64,000 bases of DNA. Origin: a phage. Each line of letters starts with the position of its first letter. Positions within the stretch are counted from its first letter, which is position 1. The notes below the pieces were generated by a model. The model was given only the letters and a program-made list of their open reading frames with translations, did no database searches and was not told the origin of the DNA. Position numbers and translations under genes: made by a program. The DNA is taken from sequence record PX645697.1; one strand, written 5' to 3'. Positions 1-9,912 of the stretch are shown one piece after another.

Positions 1-1311
1 GAGGATTCTCTTTGGTTATCTAACATCTACCAGAGGGGTAAATACTCTACGGGTAACGGTACAACGACTTTCCGTGTTCCTGACCGAAATGGTATTCAAG
101 AAGGGTCTCTGAAAGCTCTGTATGGTCGTGGTGATGGTGGAGCTTCGGCTGCTAATGGTCAAATATTTGATTCTGCTGCTCCTAACATTTATGGAGATAT
201 TGGTGGTGTTGTTGCTTATGGCCAGACTGGAGCTATTCTACGAGGTCAAGAGGAACAACCTCTCGCCCCTCAACCTTCAACTGGAAATGGTGTCTTGAGA
301 GTTAGTTTAGACGCCTCAAAAGCAAGTCCTGTATATGGTCGTTCCACTGATGAAATCCTAACCCGTAACTTTGTAGGTGTGTGGACTATTCGTGCTCATG
401 GAGGTTTTACTGCGGCTAACACTTCTTGGTCTGTTATCAACAGGGACAGCGCAGCTCCGGCTTTAAACACTTCTGTAGTTGGTGGTAAGGTGGAATCTAA
501 ATACACTAACCCAACCTCTTCCCAATATGCTCGTATGTATGTTTCCTCTTCTTGGGGGAGTGTTTGTTCTGCCGTGATTGAAGCACAAGGTGCAAGTACT
601 CACGCTTATAAGTTTTATGAGGATGGCACTGTTGATTTTAGGCAGTCTGGTAAGACAAACCCATTCCGCATGTACACACCAACTGGAACTTGGAATGGAC
701 TGACGGATGCGGGGACAAACAATTTAACCACCAATGGAATGGACAGGGTGGCGATTTCTAGTGGCTCTGACACAGTGGTGCATGGGTACTCTATTGGAGG
801 ATCTAAACCTAATGGTTATCCAACCAAGGTTGGGTATCATATGTATTTGCCGGGAAATGACGCCTTCGGTATCGCCTGTACAACTATTGGAGGAGACAAC
901 GGAAGGTTCTGTCGATATTTTTACGACATAGGCGGGCAGATATATGGCTCAACTGATTATGGAAACTTTAGCTATACAAAGAGTGGTGTCTCGGATGAAA
1001 ACCTGAAACATAACATTGTTGATATTGATGCAGAAAGAGCTATTGAAGTAATAAAAGGACTGAAGTTCAAATCCTTTGTTTACAACGATGATGAGAAGAA
1101 TCGATCTCGTCGTGGTATCATTGCACAGCAGGCAGAGACGGTAGAACCTCTGTATGTCAAGACTCGTAAGTATCCCGGAACTGGAAACGGCGATTCTATG
1201 AAAGAGCAGAAAGAGTTAGACACAACTCCTATGCTACTTGACACTATGCAGGTTGTTCAGAATTTGCTGAAGCGTGTAGAAGAGTTAGAAGCTCAACTGG
1301 CTGCTAAGTAA
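1..1311 (+). CDS. tail fibre / tailspike protein, C-terminal part (5' end outside window), ending in an intramolecular-chaperone self-cleaving (peptidase S74-like) domain
   Basis: Frame is open from base 1 into track ORF 295..1311; C-terminal ...SDENLKHNIVDIDAERAIEVIKGLKFKSFVYNDDEKNRSRRGIIAQQ... resembles the autoproteolytic chaperone module at C-termini of phage fibres/endosialidases; hairpin terminator follows. Confidence 0.7.
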   Translation, partial: EDSLWLSNIYQRGKYSTGNGTTTFRVPDRNGIQEGSLKALYGRGDGGASAANGQIFDSAAPNIYGDIGGVVAYGQTGAILRGQEEQPLAPQPSTGNGVLRVSLDASKASPVYGRSTDEILTRNFVGVWTIRAHGGFTAANTSWSVINRDSAAPALNTSVVGGKVESKYTNPTSSQYARMYVSSSWGSVCSAVIEAQGASTHAYKFYEDGTVDFRQSGKTNPFRMYTPTGTWNGLTDAGTNNLTTNGMDRVAISSGSDTVVHGYSIGGSKPNGYPTKVGYHMYLPGNDAFGIACTTIGGDNGRFCRYFYDIGGQIYGSTDYGNFSYTKSGVSDENLKHNIVDIDAERAIEVIKGLKFKSFVYNDDEKNRSRRGIIAQQAETVEPLYVKTRKYPGTGNGDSMKEQKELDTTPMLLDTMQVVQNLLKRVEELEAQLAAK

Positions 1312-1317
1312 AGGATT

Positions 1318-1335
1318 GCCCCTTCGGGGGCTTTT
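1318..1335 (+). terminator. rho-independent terminator after tail fibre gene
   Basis: GCCCC-ttcg-GGGGC hairpin followed by TTTT, 7 nt after stop codon. Confidence 0.6.
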
Positions 1336-1405
1336 AGAAGTTAAACTAGTGAATAGGTAATGAAACTAATATATCCCAAGAGGTTAATTTATAGGAGACA
1401 CTCAA

Positions 1406-1624
1406 ATGAAAATGATGAAACAAGCTGTATATGGTTTAGTTTGTTTAGGTGCAGGAGTCGTGGTATCTACTGCAATCCCTGTAAGCGCAGTTCATCCATT
1501 AGTTACAGCACCTGCTCCAGTAGAGAAACTTAGTTCTCAATGTAAGCAGCGAACCATTCAAAATAATCTAGTTGTTATTTGTCCTGATGCTGAATCTAAC
1601 GCTCTGAGAAAGATACTACCTTAA
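1406..1624 (+). CDS. small membrane protein, holin candidate (72 aa)
   Basis: Single N-terminal hydrophobic segment (VYGLVCLGAGVVVSTAIPVSA), located immediately upstream of the lysozyme gene; no homology evidence. Confidence 0.3.
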   Translation: MKMMKQAVYGLVCLGAGVVVSTAIPVSAVHPLVTAPAPVEKLSSQCKQRTIQNNLVVICPDAESNALRKILP

Positions 1625-1653
1625 TTTAAAGGGACCGCAAAAGGAGGTTAGAA

Positions 1654-2145
1654 ATGGATAACGCCGCATTGCCACCTGTACAACTAAACTTAAGCCCAGC
1701 TGGAATGGAATTCATCATGAAGCATGAGGGTATGAGAACCAAGGCTTATAAAGATTCCGCAGGTATCTGGACTATATGTGTAGGGGCTACGCGCGATATG
1801 AATGGTTATCCGGTTAGACAAGGATTAACGTATTCTATAGAGGATTGTCTAGCTCTGCTAGATAGAGACACACAAGACTCTGTTCGTGCTACTCAGAAGA
1901 ACATAAAGGTTCCTTTACTAGTTCATGAGTTTGATGCACTCACTTCTTTCAACTTCAATGTTGGCAGTGGGGCTTTGAGCACATCTAAGTTAAGGAAGGT
2001 AATCAATGGAGATGTTAAGGGGGATGTTTATTCCGAATTTCTTCGTTGGGATAAAATAACGGTCAAGGGAGAGAAGCAGAGAAGTCAGGGTCTTCATAAT
2101 AGAAGAGTTGCAGAAGCTAATCTTTACACCGAAGGTAAATATTAA
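1654..2145 (+). CDS. endolysin, GH24 lysozyme (T4/lambda lysozyme family)
   Basis: FIMKHEGMRTKAYKDSAGIWTICVG ... FDALTSFNFNVG ... GLHNRRVAEANLY matches catalytic Glu region and core of phage muramidases; SD AAAGGAGG upstream. Confidence 0.8.
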   Translation: MDNAALPPVQLNLSPAGMEFIMKHEGMRTKAYKDSAGIWTICVGATRDMNGYPVRQGLTYSIEDCLALLDRDTQDSVRATQKNIKVPLLVHEFDALTSFNFNVGSGALSTSKLRKVINGDVKGDVYSEFLRWDKITVKGEKQRSQGLHNRRVAEANLYTEGKY

Positions 2146-2157
2146 TGGAGGTGCCTT

Positions 2158-2961
2158 TTGGCTATCGAAACTAATGCGGTAGTTGTTACCGACTTAAACC
2201 CGCTCTATCCTAGAGACAGGGATTACATCTACGAAGGGGCGGCTCAAATCCGCCTCATTAAACAAACATTACAGAACACATTCCCCAATGTTACAGAACC
2301 AGTTGATATTGATTCTGACACCTTTAAGATTATGTCAGAGAAGCTCAAGTTTACTGGTGATGCAATGGATGTTGGCGGTCTTATGATCAAGAACGTTACT
2401 CCGGGAACTGGCGACAAGGACGTTGTTACTAAAGGCCAGATGGAAGCGTTCATGAAGAACTGGATGGAGAATAAGCTCTATCGAATTGGTTCTTACTACA
2501 TCACTGAAGAAGATATTAACCCCGGTGATTCAATCTCCTTAGGGTTTGGTTCTTGGGCTAAAGTGACTGGTGTCATTATGGGTACTGGTGTAGTAAACCC
2601 TGATGGCTCTGTCCCTAATGCTCAGAGAGTTGAGTTCCAAGCAGGTGGTACTGGTGGTCGTGTCTTCAATACCATTCGAACAGAGAACGTACCTTTGATG
2701 ACAGTTAATGGCTCCAGCTTCTCCTTATCCAGTAACACCCATAGCCACAATATGGTATTTGGTCGTGGAGATGCCAGTGGTCATAACAGCTCGCCAAACT
2801 GGTATAGTCCGGGTGGTGGATATAGTCAGAGAACTGATAATGATACTCACACTCATACAATCTCTGGTAGTGTAAGTCTTGGTCGTGATGATATCTCTCG
2901 TCAACCTATTAACACTTTGCCGCCATTCAGAGCAGCTCACATTTGGAGACGTATTAGCTAA
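2158..2961 (+). CDS. hypothetical virion/tail protein (TTG start per track)
   Basis: Track ORF in structural module; GGAGGTG upstream of TTG; no motif recognised. Confidence 0.4.
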   Translation: MAIETNAVVVTDLNPLYPRDRDYIYEGAAQIRLIKQTLQNTFPNVTEPVDIDSDTFKIMSEKLKFTGDAMDVGGLMIKNVTPGTGDKDVVTKGQMEAFMKNWMENKLYRIGSYYITEEDINPGDSISLGFGSWAKVTGVIMGTGVVNPDGSVPNAQRVEFQAGGTGGRVFNTIRTENVPLMTVNGSSFSLSSNTHSHNMVFGRGDASGHNSSPNWYSPGGGYSQRTDNDTHTHTISGSVSLGRDDISRQPINTLPPFRAAHIWRRIS

Positions 2962-2970
2962 GGAGGAATT

Positions 2971-5900
2971 ATGGCGCTGTATCCAATAAAGTCACTAGGT
3001 GCTGTAGGCGTTATCGCTGATCAGGCTCCGACAGACTTAGCTCCTAATGCTTTCACTAATGCTATAAATGCTCGATTTGTTGAGCAGAGAGTATTTAAGA
3101 CGGGGGGCAATGCCCCTCTTTCTTATGTAGATGAAGACAAGGATTTAACCCCTCTGTCTTTCGTTTCTATGCCTTTCGATTATTATAGCGCAGGTAATAG
3201 CTTTCTTGTTGTAGGTACAGATAAGAAGTTATATAAACTGACAGATGAAAGCTTGACTGATATTAGCCGTAAGGTTGCTACAGTCACTAAGAAGGCTTCT
3301 GCCTCAATTAAGATTTATCCAGTTGTTTCTCAGATCGTTCCTAAAGAATCAACTATCTCAATGAACTTCAATCAGACCAAGAATCTAGAGGTTTCTCTTC
3401 TTCCTGCTGATGCTAACAATACTGATCTTATTTGGGAGGTTAGTAATTCAACCTATGGGAGTGTTACAGTAGACCCTAGTGACTCTAAGCTTGCTACTCT
3501 AACATCTTTTGAGAAAGAGGGTAATCTTGTAGTAACTATTTCTACTGCTGATGATTCTGTAGTGGCTCAGATTGCTGTTAACATTATAGATGGCGATTCA
3601 GGCATCTTCTTGAGTCAAGATACTGTTACTATCCGTAAAGGAGGGACTACTACTCTCACGGCTGTTACTGGCAAAACTCCTGTAACTTGGTCCAGCAATA
3701 ACGCTTCTATTGTATCCGTAACCCCTAACTCCAACTCTCTAACCGCTGTCATTACAGCGAATGGAGAAGGTAATGTAACAATCACTGCTGATAACGGGAC
3801 TAAGACTGCTTCTTGTGAGATTGTTTCTATCCCTCAGATTGATAGTATCTCTTTAAGCCAGTCAGATGTTACTGTGAGCAGAGGTTCTCAGTATATCTTA
3901 ACTGCTACCCTTTCTCCTGCTAACGCCCCTAATCAAAATATTACTTGGACCTCTTCTAACCCAAATATTGCAACAGTATCAGGGACTAGCACACAAGGGA
4001 CGATCAACGCTCTACTTGCTGGTTTTACTGAGATTACAGCTACCACTGAAGAAGGTAATAGAGTTGCTGTCTGTACTGTACGTGTGGATTTAGCTGGAAG
4101 GACAATGAGAACAAGTGCTATGGCATTTGCCGCTCCTGTGTCAGAGTCAGTAGAAACTCAAGAGGAAGAAGTAGTAACTCCTACTGAAAGTGAAGAGACG
4201 GTTTATTTTGCTGAGCCTACATCTGGTATAGATACGTCGGGGATGTATGAAGGTAACAACTTCTATGACTATTCTAACGTGAATGACATTGAAGGTTTTG
4301 CAAGAGCTTCTTTACTCGCAACTCCTTTGTCATCTGTAACCTTAGATATTGTCAGCGCTTCTCTTGATGTTGGTGAAGAGATTGTCATTACAGCCACAGC
4401 TTCTCCAGAGGGTGAGTACTCTTATCAGTGGTCTGTTGATAAAACTGGTTATGTTTCTACAACCTCAGTTACTGGTAAATCTATCAAACTGGTTGCTCTT
4501 CGTAAAGGGGAGATTAACGTAACCTGTACTGTCAGTCAGATGACTCAGAAAGATTACGATGCTTTTGATGACTATCCTTGGTATCACGCTGTTATCTCTA
4601 ACTGTGCAGTTGCTACAACTCACTATGAAACCCCTCAGGTAAAAGAATTCGAATCAGAATACTTTGTAGATCTTCCGGGATGGGGTGAGCAAACAGTTGT
4701 GGATAATGATGGAAACCCTTCAGTCAAGAAGTTTAACTGGAAATGTGAGAGAGTAAGATCTTTTAACAACCGTCTTTTTGCTCTGAATATGAGAGAGGCT
4801 AATGCTTCTGGTGTTACTACTAACTACCCGCTTCGTCTTCGTTGGTCTAACTTTGCCAATGAGAATAAGGCTCCTACACTGTGGGATGACTTTGCCTATG
4901 ATCGAGTTGTGTCTTCGGACTTAGCTTCTAACATCGTAGGGCAGACTCAGGCTCTAGAGAATGGGTATGCTGGTTACATTGACTTAGCAGATTCTAATGG
5001 TAGCTTGATTGATATCCTACCTCTTAAAGACTACTTGTTTGTTTATACAGAGTTTGAAACGTATATTGGTTCTCCGACTAATAACACATACCAACCTCTG
5101 ATGTTCAAGAAGCTCTTTAACGACTCTGGTATCCTTGCTCCTGAGTGTGTGGTTGAAGTAGAAGGTAGTCACTTCGTAGTTACTCAGAACGATGTAATCT
5201 TACACAACGGTGCAACCAAGAAGTCAATTGCATCTAACCGTGTCAAGAACATGCTAATTAACGAGGTGTGCCTGGTTAACCCTCTAGCAACTCGAGTACA
5301 CTTGCATCAGGATAAGAAAGAAGTTTGGGTTCTGTACGTAGGTCCGGGAGAACCAAAAGAAAGCTTCGCTTGTACTAAAGCTGCTGTATGGAATTATGAG
5401 TTTGATACTTGGTCTTTCCGTACTATCCCATATGCTCAGTGTATCGGCCTAGTTGATCCTCCTGTTTTAGAGAGAGGTCCAATCTGGTCTGACTTCCAAG
5501 AGATCACTTGGGATGACCCATCTATTAAAGAACTTGTTTGGAGAAAGGATGCAACAAACTTCAGACAGAGGGTTACGATAGTAGGTTCGTTCTTGAGGGG
5601 ATTCTATCAGGTGGATGTAGGTGCTCTTGACTATTTCTATGACAGGCTAAACGATGTTGTTATAGAGAAACCTCTGGAAATGAGGTTGGAGAGGACTGGT
5701 ATAGATTTTGATAATGTGACGAATGAGTGGAATCAGAAGCATATTAACAGATTCCGTCCTCAGACAACTGGCTCAGGTACTTATATCTTTGAAGCTGGAG
5801 GTAGTCAATTCTCAAATGAATATGGACACCCACACACATCTAAGACTTATACAATTGGTGTTGACAGGCATGTCTCGGTGAGACTGAACCATCCATACCT

Positions 5901-5988
5901 TTTCTATAATGTTATAGATAATGATGTTAACAGTAATGCTGCTATCAATGGGTTAACGATAGAGTTTGCTGTTGGCGGACGGAGATAA
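2971..5988 (+). CDS. large tail fibre / receptor-binding-type structural protein with repeated bacterial Ig-like (Big_2-like) domains
   Basis: 1005 aa; repeated segments such as WSSNNASIVSVTPNSNSLTAVITANGEGNVTITADNGTKTASCEIV and ITWTSSNPNIATVSGTSTQGTINALLAGFTEITATTEEGNRVAVCTVRV typical of Big_2 repeats. Confidence 0.5.
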   Translation: MALYPIKSLGAVGVIADQAPTDLAPNAFTNAINARFVEQRVFKTGGNAPLSYVDEDKDLTPLSFVSMPFDYYSAGNSFLVVGTDKKLYKLTDESLTDISRKVATVTKKASASIKIYPVVSQIVPKESTISMNFNQTKNLEVSLLPADANNTDLIWEVSNSTYGSVTVDPSDSKLATLTSFEKEGNLVVTISTADDSVVAQIAVNIIDGDSGIFLSQDTVTIRKGGTTTLTAVTGKTPVTWSSNNASIVSVTPNSNSLTAVITANGEGNVTITADNGTKTASCEIVSIPQIDSISLSQSDVTVSRGSQYILTATLSPANAPNQNITWTSSNPNIATVSGTSTQGTINALLAGFTEITATTEEGNRVAVCTVRVDLAGRTMRTSAMAFAAPVSESVETQEEEVVTPTESEETVYFAEPTSGIDTSGMYEGNNFYDYSNVNDIEGFARASLLATPLSSVTLDIVSASLDVGEEIVITATASPEGEYSYQWSVDKTGYVSTTSVTGKSIKLVALRKGEINVTCTVSQMTQKDYDAFDDYPWYHAVISNCAVATTHYETPQVKEFESEYFVDLPGWGEQTVVDNDGNPSVKKFNWKCERVRSFNNRLFALNMREANASGVTTNYPLRLRWSNFANENKAPTLWDDFAYDRVVSSDLASNIVGQTQALENGYAGYIDLADSNGSLIDILPLKDYLFVYTEFETYIGSPTNNTYQPLMFKKLFNDSGILAPECVVEVEGSHFVVTQNDVILHNGATKKSIASNRVKNMLINEVCLVNPLATRVHLHQDKKEVWVLYVGPGEPKESFACTKAAVWNYEFDTWSFRTIPYAQCIGLVDPPVLERGPIWSDFQEITWDDPSIKELVWRKDATNFRQRVTIVGSFLRGFYQVDVGALDYFYDRLNDVVIEKPLEMRLERTGIDFDNVTNEWNQKHINRFRPQTTGSGTYIFEAGGSQFSNEYGHPHTSKTYTIGVDRHVSVRLNHPYLFYNVIDNDVNSNAAINGLTIEFAVGGRR

Positions 5989-6031
5989 CAACAAGGGGCT
6001 TCGTGCCCCTTTTATTGTTTTGGAGGAACTT

Positions 6032-7000
6032 ATGGGTGCAGGTGGTTTTCGTAAGAACACTGGTCGTAATAACACCACACTCCCGTACAACGTTGGGTTT
6101 CTCAATAATGTACAGGACACAGAAACATATAACGTAGCCGTATATGACGAGCTACAGAAAGTCAGTACAGCTACTAACCAAATGTTCCAAGCTATTGATG
6201 AGATTCATGATGAAATTGATGTTCGTATCAAAGCTCTTCATGCAATGAATCTACAATTTGATGAGCTTGAGAATAGAATTACTACAGAGATAGAGACAGC
6301 TATCGCAGATATTATAACACAGATGGGGAACCTCTCCACTGAAGATATTTGGGATAATTCTGTTCAACCTCCTGTAAAATTAGAAAGCACTGTATCTGGC
6401 TTTAAAACAAGTATTGAAGGTAACACAACTAAGATTCAAACGGTAGAAGGGATTGTTAACGACCAAGGTCAAGAGATTGCTTTAGTTCAGACAGAGATTC
6501 AAAATATTAATGGAAGCCTATCTCAGTATATGAAGCTTTCTGAGTATGAAGCTACTTGGGGTGTTAACTCTACGGTCAACGGAAGATACGCTGGGGTCAA
6601 GTTAACTAACAACGGAACAAACAGTCAATTCCAAGTAACAGCTAACAAGTTTATTGTTGGTGATGGCAGCTCTGGTAATACCCCTTTTGTATTTGAAGGC
6701 GGAAGAGCTAGGATGGAATTCGCTGATATAAAGAACGTCAATATCACAACAGCTCAGATTGCTAACGCTAGAATCCAATGGGCACAGATTGATAACGTAT
6801 CTATCTCCAACGCCCAGATCCAGAACTTATCAGCGGATAAAATCACTGCTGGTTCTATGTGGGGTTCTAACTGGAGACTTACTGTTGGTGGTGATTTTGT
6901 TATGGGTGGTACAGGCGGTTCTCAGTTATGGATGAACGGTAATAGAATAGATTTTTATGATGGGAGTGGAACTCTTCGCATAAGAATAGGGAGTTGGTAA
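6032..7000 (+). CDS. tail fibre-like protein
   Basis: Track ORF 5966..7000 trimmed to ATG at 6032 preceded by GGAGGA; C-terminal ...ITTAQIANARIQWAQIDNVSISNAQIQNLSADKITAGSM... fibre-like repeats. Confidence 0.4.
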   Translation: MGAGGFRKNTGRNNTTLPYNVGFLNNVQDTETYNVAVYDELQKVSTATNQMFQAIDEIHDEIDVRIKALHAMNLQFDELENRITTEIETAIADIITQMGNLSTEDIWDNSVQPPVKLESTVSGFKTSIEGNTTKIQTVEGIVNDQGQEIALVQTEIQNINGSLSQYMKLSEYEATWGVNSTVNGRYAGVKLTNNGTNSQFQVTANKFIVGDGSSGNTPFVFEGGRARMEFADIKNVNITTAQIANARIQWAQIDNVSISNAQIQNLSADKITAGSMWGSNWRLTVGGDFVMGGTGGSQLWMNGNRIDFYDGSGTLRIRIGSW

Positions 7001-7001
7001 C

Positions 7002-8036
7002 ATGGCATATGGAATATGGACAAGCCCGGTCGGTCCGGGTCCAGCGGCACCTGCTGACATTTACATTGACAGTGGTAGCACTTTCCCTCAACTCAGAAAT
7101 AGAGTCAGTGGGAATTTCTCTTTTAGCGGAAATACCTGTGACTTGCCTATAAGCGGTTGGGATGGTAGCGGTCAGATAGTTGTAGTCCCAACAGGGTCTG
7201 TTGTTTGGGAGAGATACATACCTCCTAATGTAACATCTGATGTGTATTGGCTAACGGATATATCTGTTATTAATAACTCAACCTTCAGAGTTACTATGGA
7301 CTATAACGTAAACGGTTGGGTATTTGATATGGCTTTTAATGTATATCAAATATGGCCTAGAGCTAATAGGAACTATGGAATCACATTCTCCAACTCTGCT
7401 GACTATTTCTCAATCTCTGATTCTGGAGTTGTTGGTCAATGTATTTGGGCTTGGGAAGGTGACATAAATGGCTCTCTTCAAATACCAGATATTGGAGGTT
7501 TTGATATGAGTCGAGCAACTGTCTATGCAAATTGGAGTAACGGCGGAGCAGGGCTACTATACAACCCATCTAATAGGGTTGTTTATGTGTACCAGAACAG
7601 ATCTCATGATAATGGTAACACAAATCAAACAGGGTACATTGGTGGTGTTAGGATTGCCGTATTCTGTGATGGTTCGGGAGTACCAACCCACAATGGAGGT
7701 TTAAATATCTTTTCTCCAAATGGGTCTCAGTGTGTTTTTTCTACATATAGAACCCCTTTTAGTGTTGAGGGATTTATGCCTATGAGTGGTGGTAACACAT
7801 CTTTGGCCTATCCAATGATACCTCTATCTTATGGTGCTGGAGCAATAAGAGGTAAGGCTAGTGGTTGGTATTTTCAACACACAAGATCTCACATGATGAA
7901 TGGCTCTTCTTTTGGTACAGGTTTCGGAAGGATGATTTACTCTTGGAGTAGTCAATATGATTTAGGAGGGGGTGGTGCCCTCGGGTTAAGTATTCCAATA
8001 TTAGATGCTAGAAAGATATTCAGGAGTATACAATAA
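7002..8036 (+). CDS. hypothetical structural protein
   Basis: Track ORF, tightly packed in structural operon; Gly/Ser/Asn-rich. Confidence 0.4.
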   Translation: MAYGIWTSPVGPGPAAPADIYIDSGSTFPQLRNRVSGNFSFSGNTCDLPISGWDGSGQIVVVPTGSVVWERYIPPNVTSDVYWLTDISVINNSTFRVTMDYNVNGWVFDMAFNVYQIWPRANRNYGITFSNSADYFSISDSGVVGQCIWAWEGDINGSLQIPDIGGFDMSRATVYANWSNGGAGLLYNPSNRVVYVYQNRSHDNGNTNQTGYIGGVRIAVFCDGSGVPTHNGGLNIFSPNGSQCVFSTYRTPFSVEGFMPMSGGNTSLAYPMIPLSYGAGAIRGKASGWYFQHTRSHMMNGSSFGTGFGRMIYSWSSQYDLGGGGALGLSIPILDARKIFRSIQ

Positions 8037-8045
8037 GGAGATATT

Positions 8046-8828
8046 ATGGCAATTAGAATGGGTATCGAAGAACTAGACCCAATGGTACAGCAAGCTTCAA
8101 AGAAGTATGGGATTCCTGCTGCTTTGATTCATGCTGTAATCCAAAGAGAGTCTAGTGGACGTCCTAAAGTAGCCTCTGGAACTGGTCCTGTAGGTTTAAT
8201 GCAGATCAGTAAAGGATTGGCTAAAGACTATGGATACAAACTAGAAGATAGACTGGACCCAGCAAAGAATATTGATATGGGCGCTCGTTACATAAGAGAT
8301 AACTTAAAAGCTTTTAATGGTGATGTTAAGAAAGCAATGGTTGGTTATTCAGAAGGTATCGGTGGAGCTAAGCAAATGTTCGCTGGTAAAAAGGGATTTA
8401 CTCCACAAGCTCTTGACTCCATGAACAATAAACACTTTCTTCCTTTCTATGGTGATGCAGCTTCTCAAATTGCTAACCCTGTTGGAGCTTTACAAGCTGT
8501 TCAACCAGTCAATCAGTTTAGTCCTGACTTGTTAGATAGAGAGAAGGCCGCACAAGCTCCAACTCAGGCAGACATTACTGCTTCTAAGACAGGTGCTTTA
8601 GGCGGAAATCCAGTAGAGTTTTACTCTGATGAAGTACAAGAAGGGGAAGATCAGAAGCCTCAACAGAACTTTGGTAATGCAGTATTAGGTGTAGCTGCTA
8701 TGCTTGCTGGTAAACCTCCGACTTCTCAAACAGTTCAGAGGGCAAGTGCACCACATGCAGCAGGTTCTCAGTACAGTCCACAAACACAAGCAGTGCTCAG
8801 ACGTTTGGCTAGCATTGGTGTAAAGTAA
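8046..8828 (+). CDS. lytic transglycosylase (SLT domain), probable virion-associated peptidoglycan hydrolase
   Basis: ALIHAVIQRESSGRPKVASGTGPVGLMQISKGLAKDYG matches the SLT catalytic ES...GLMQ motif. Confidence 0.7.
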   Translation: MAIRMGIEELDPMVQQASKKYGIPAALIHAVIQRESSGRPKVASGTGPVGLMQISKGLAKDYGYKLEDRLDPAKNIDMGARYIRDNLKAFNGDVKKAMVGYSEGIGGAKQMFAGKKGFTPQALDSMNNKHFLPFYGDAASQIANPVGALQAVQPVNQFSPDLLDREKAAQAPTQADITASKTGALGGNPVEFYSDEVQEGEDQKPQQNFGNAVLGVAAMLAGKPPTSQTVQRASAPHAAGSQYSPQTQAVLRRLASIGVK

Positions 8829-8847
8829 TAATCTTTAAGGAGGACTT

Positions 8848-9900
8848 ATGTCTTTATTTGGAAAATCAGCTTCTAGCAAAACCACAGTGGCCCCTTCCTC
8901 TCAGGTTGATGCCCTGCTGAAGCAGATTGTTGCTAATGCTCAGAATATGCAGAACAACGATCCGGGATTCATCTCCCAACAGCTGGCTGGGTTTAATGGC
9001 AACCAACAAGGTGCTCTGAACAACTTAGCAGCTTCTACTACTCAGAAGCAATTGGCTGACATGTACACGCCTCGTACACAGCAAGGGTTGGACCAATTAA
9101 ACTCTCTTGCACAGCAGTATCAGAATATTGTCAATGGTGGTGGTCTAACTGCTGATGGTGTTAATAACTTCAGTAAAGGATTGAATAACTCAGCTCTTGC
9201 TCAAGCGACTAGTAAGGCAGCTTCCAATGTATCCCTCGGAAATGGTTCTGACTCTGGTTCTCTTCGTAGGGCTGCGGCTCAAGGGGCTGCTTTGAACAGT
9301 GCTAATACAAACTTAGCCCGTACTATCAGTGGCAAGAATATGGGAATCAGTGCTCTTCAACAAGACCAAAACTTTCAGAGGGGTTTACTTGGTGCTCAGT
9401 CAGGATTGGCTGGACAGAATCTCAATCTTGGTGCTCAAGGTGTTCAGGCAACTCAACAAGCTATCCAGAATCAACTCATGGCTGGTAATCTACAACAGCA
9501 ACAAGCCCAAGCTCAAGCTGACATTAATTGGCAGAACGCTATTGGCTCTCAACAGTATGGGTGGAATCAGCTTAACAACCAACTTAATGTATTAAACAGT
9601 GTAAGCCCGATGGCTGGGTACACAATTAAGAATGCCGCTCCGGGCATTAACACAGGACAGCAGATTCTCGGTGCTGGTATCACTGGGTTAGGTATTGCAG
9701 GTCGTATGGGTGCTTTCTCTCCTAATCAACAGACTCAGAATGCTTGGAGTTCCTATAACAACTCAGGTGGGCAATCTGGAATGGCTGGACCTATGATTGG
9801 AGGTTCTAATCTTTCTCAACAGAAAGGTCAGTCTAACTGGTTATCCACAACAGGTAATAATATCTTAGGCGGTGTCTTAGGGGCATTCGGAGCAAACTAA
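8848..9900 (+). CDS. internal virion protein candidate, Q/N/G-rich
   Basis: Track ORF; N-terminus MSLFGKSASSKTT and GFNGNQQGALNNLAAS are paralogous to the next ORF. Confidence 0.4.
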   Translation: MSLFGKSASSKTTVAPSSQVDALLKQIVANAQNMQNNDPGFISQQLAGFNGNQQGALNNLAASTTQKQLADMYTPRTQQGLDQLNSLAQQYQNIVNGGGLTADGVNNFSKGLNNSALAQATSKAASNVSLGNGSDSGSLRRAAAQGAALNSANTNLARTISGKNMGISALQQDQNFQRGLLGAQSGLAGQNLNLGAQGVQATQQAIQNQLMAGNLQQQQAQAQADINWQNAIGSQQYGWNQLNNQLNVLNSVSPMAGYTIKNAAPGINTGQQILGAGITGLGIAGRMGAFSPNQQTQNAWSSYNNSGGQSGMAGPMIGGSNLSQQKGQSNWLSTTGNNILGGVLGAFGAN

Positions 9901-9912
9901 AGGAGATTTGAT

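Noticed and set aside
734-931. Plus-strand ORFs nested inside or opposite larger genes (e.g. 734..931, 9329..9595, 10166..10405, 10604..10801, 10929..11192, 11895..12131, 16447..16689)
   Set aside because: Each lies in an alternative frame of a long, motif-supported gene in a tightly packed operon; most are low-complexity or stop-poor by chance.
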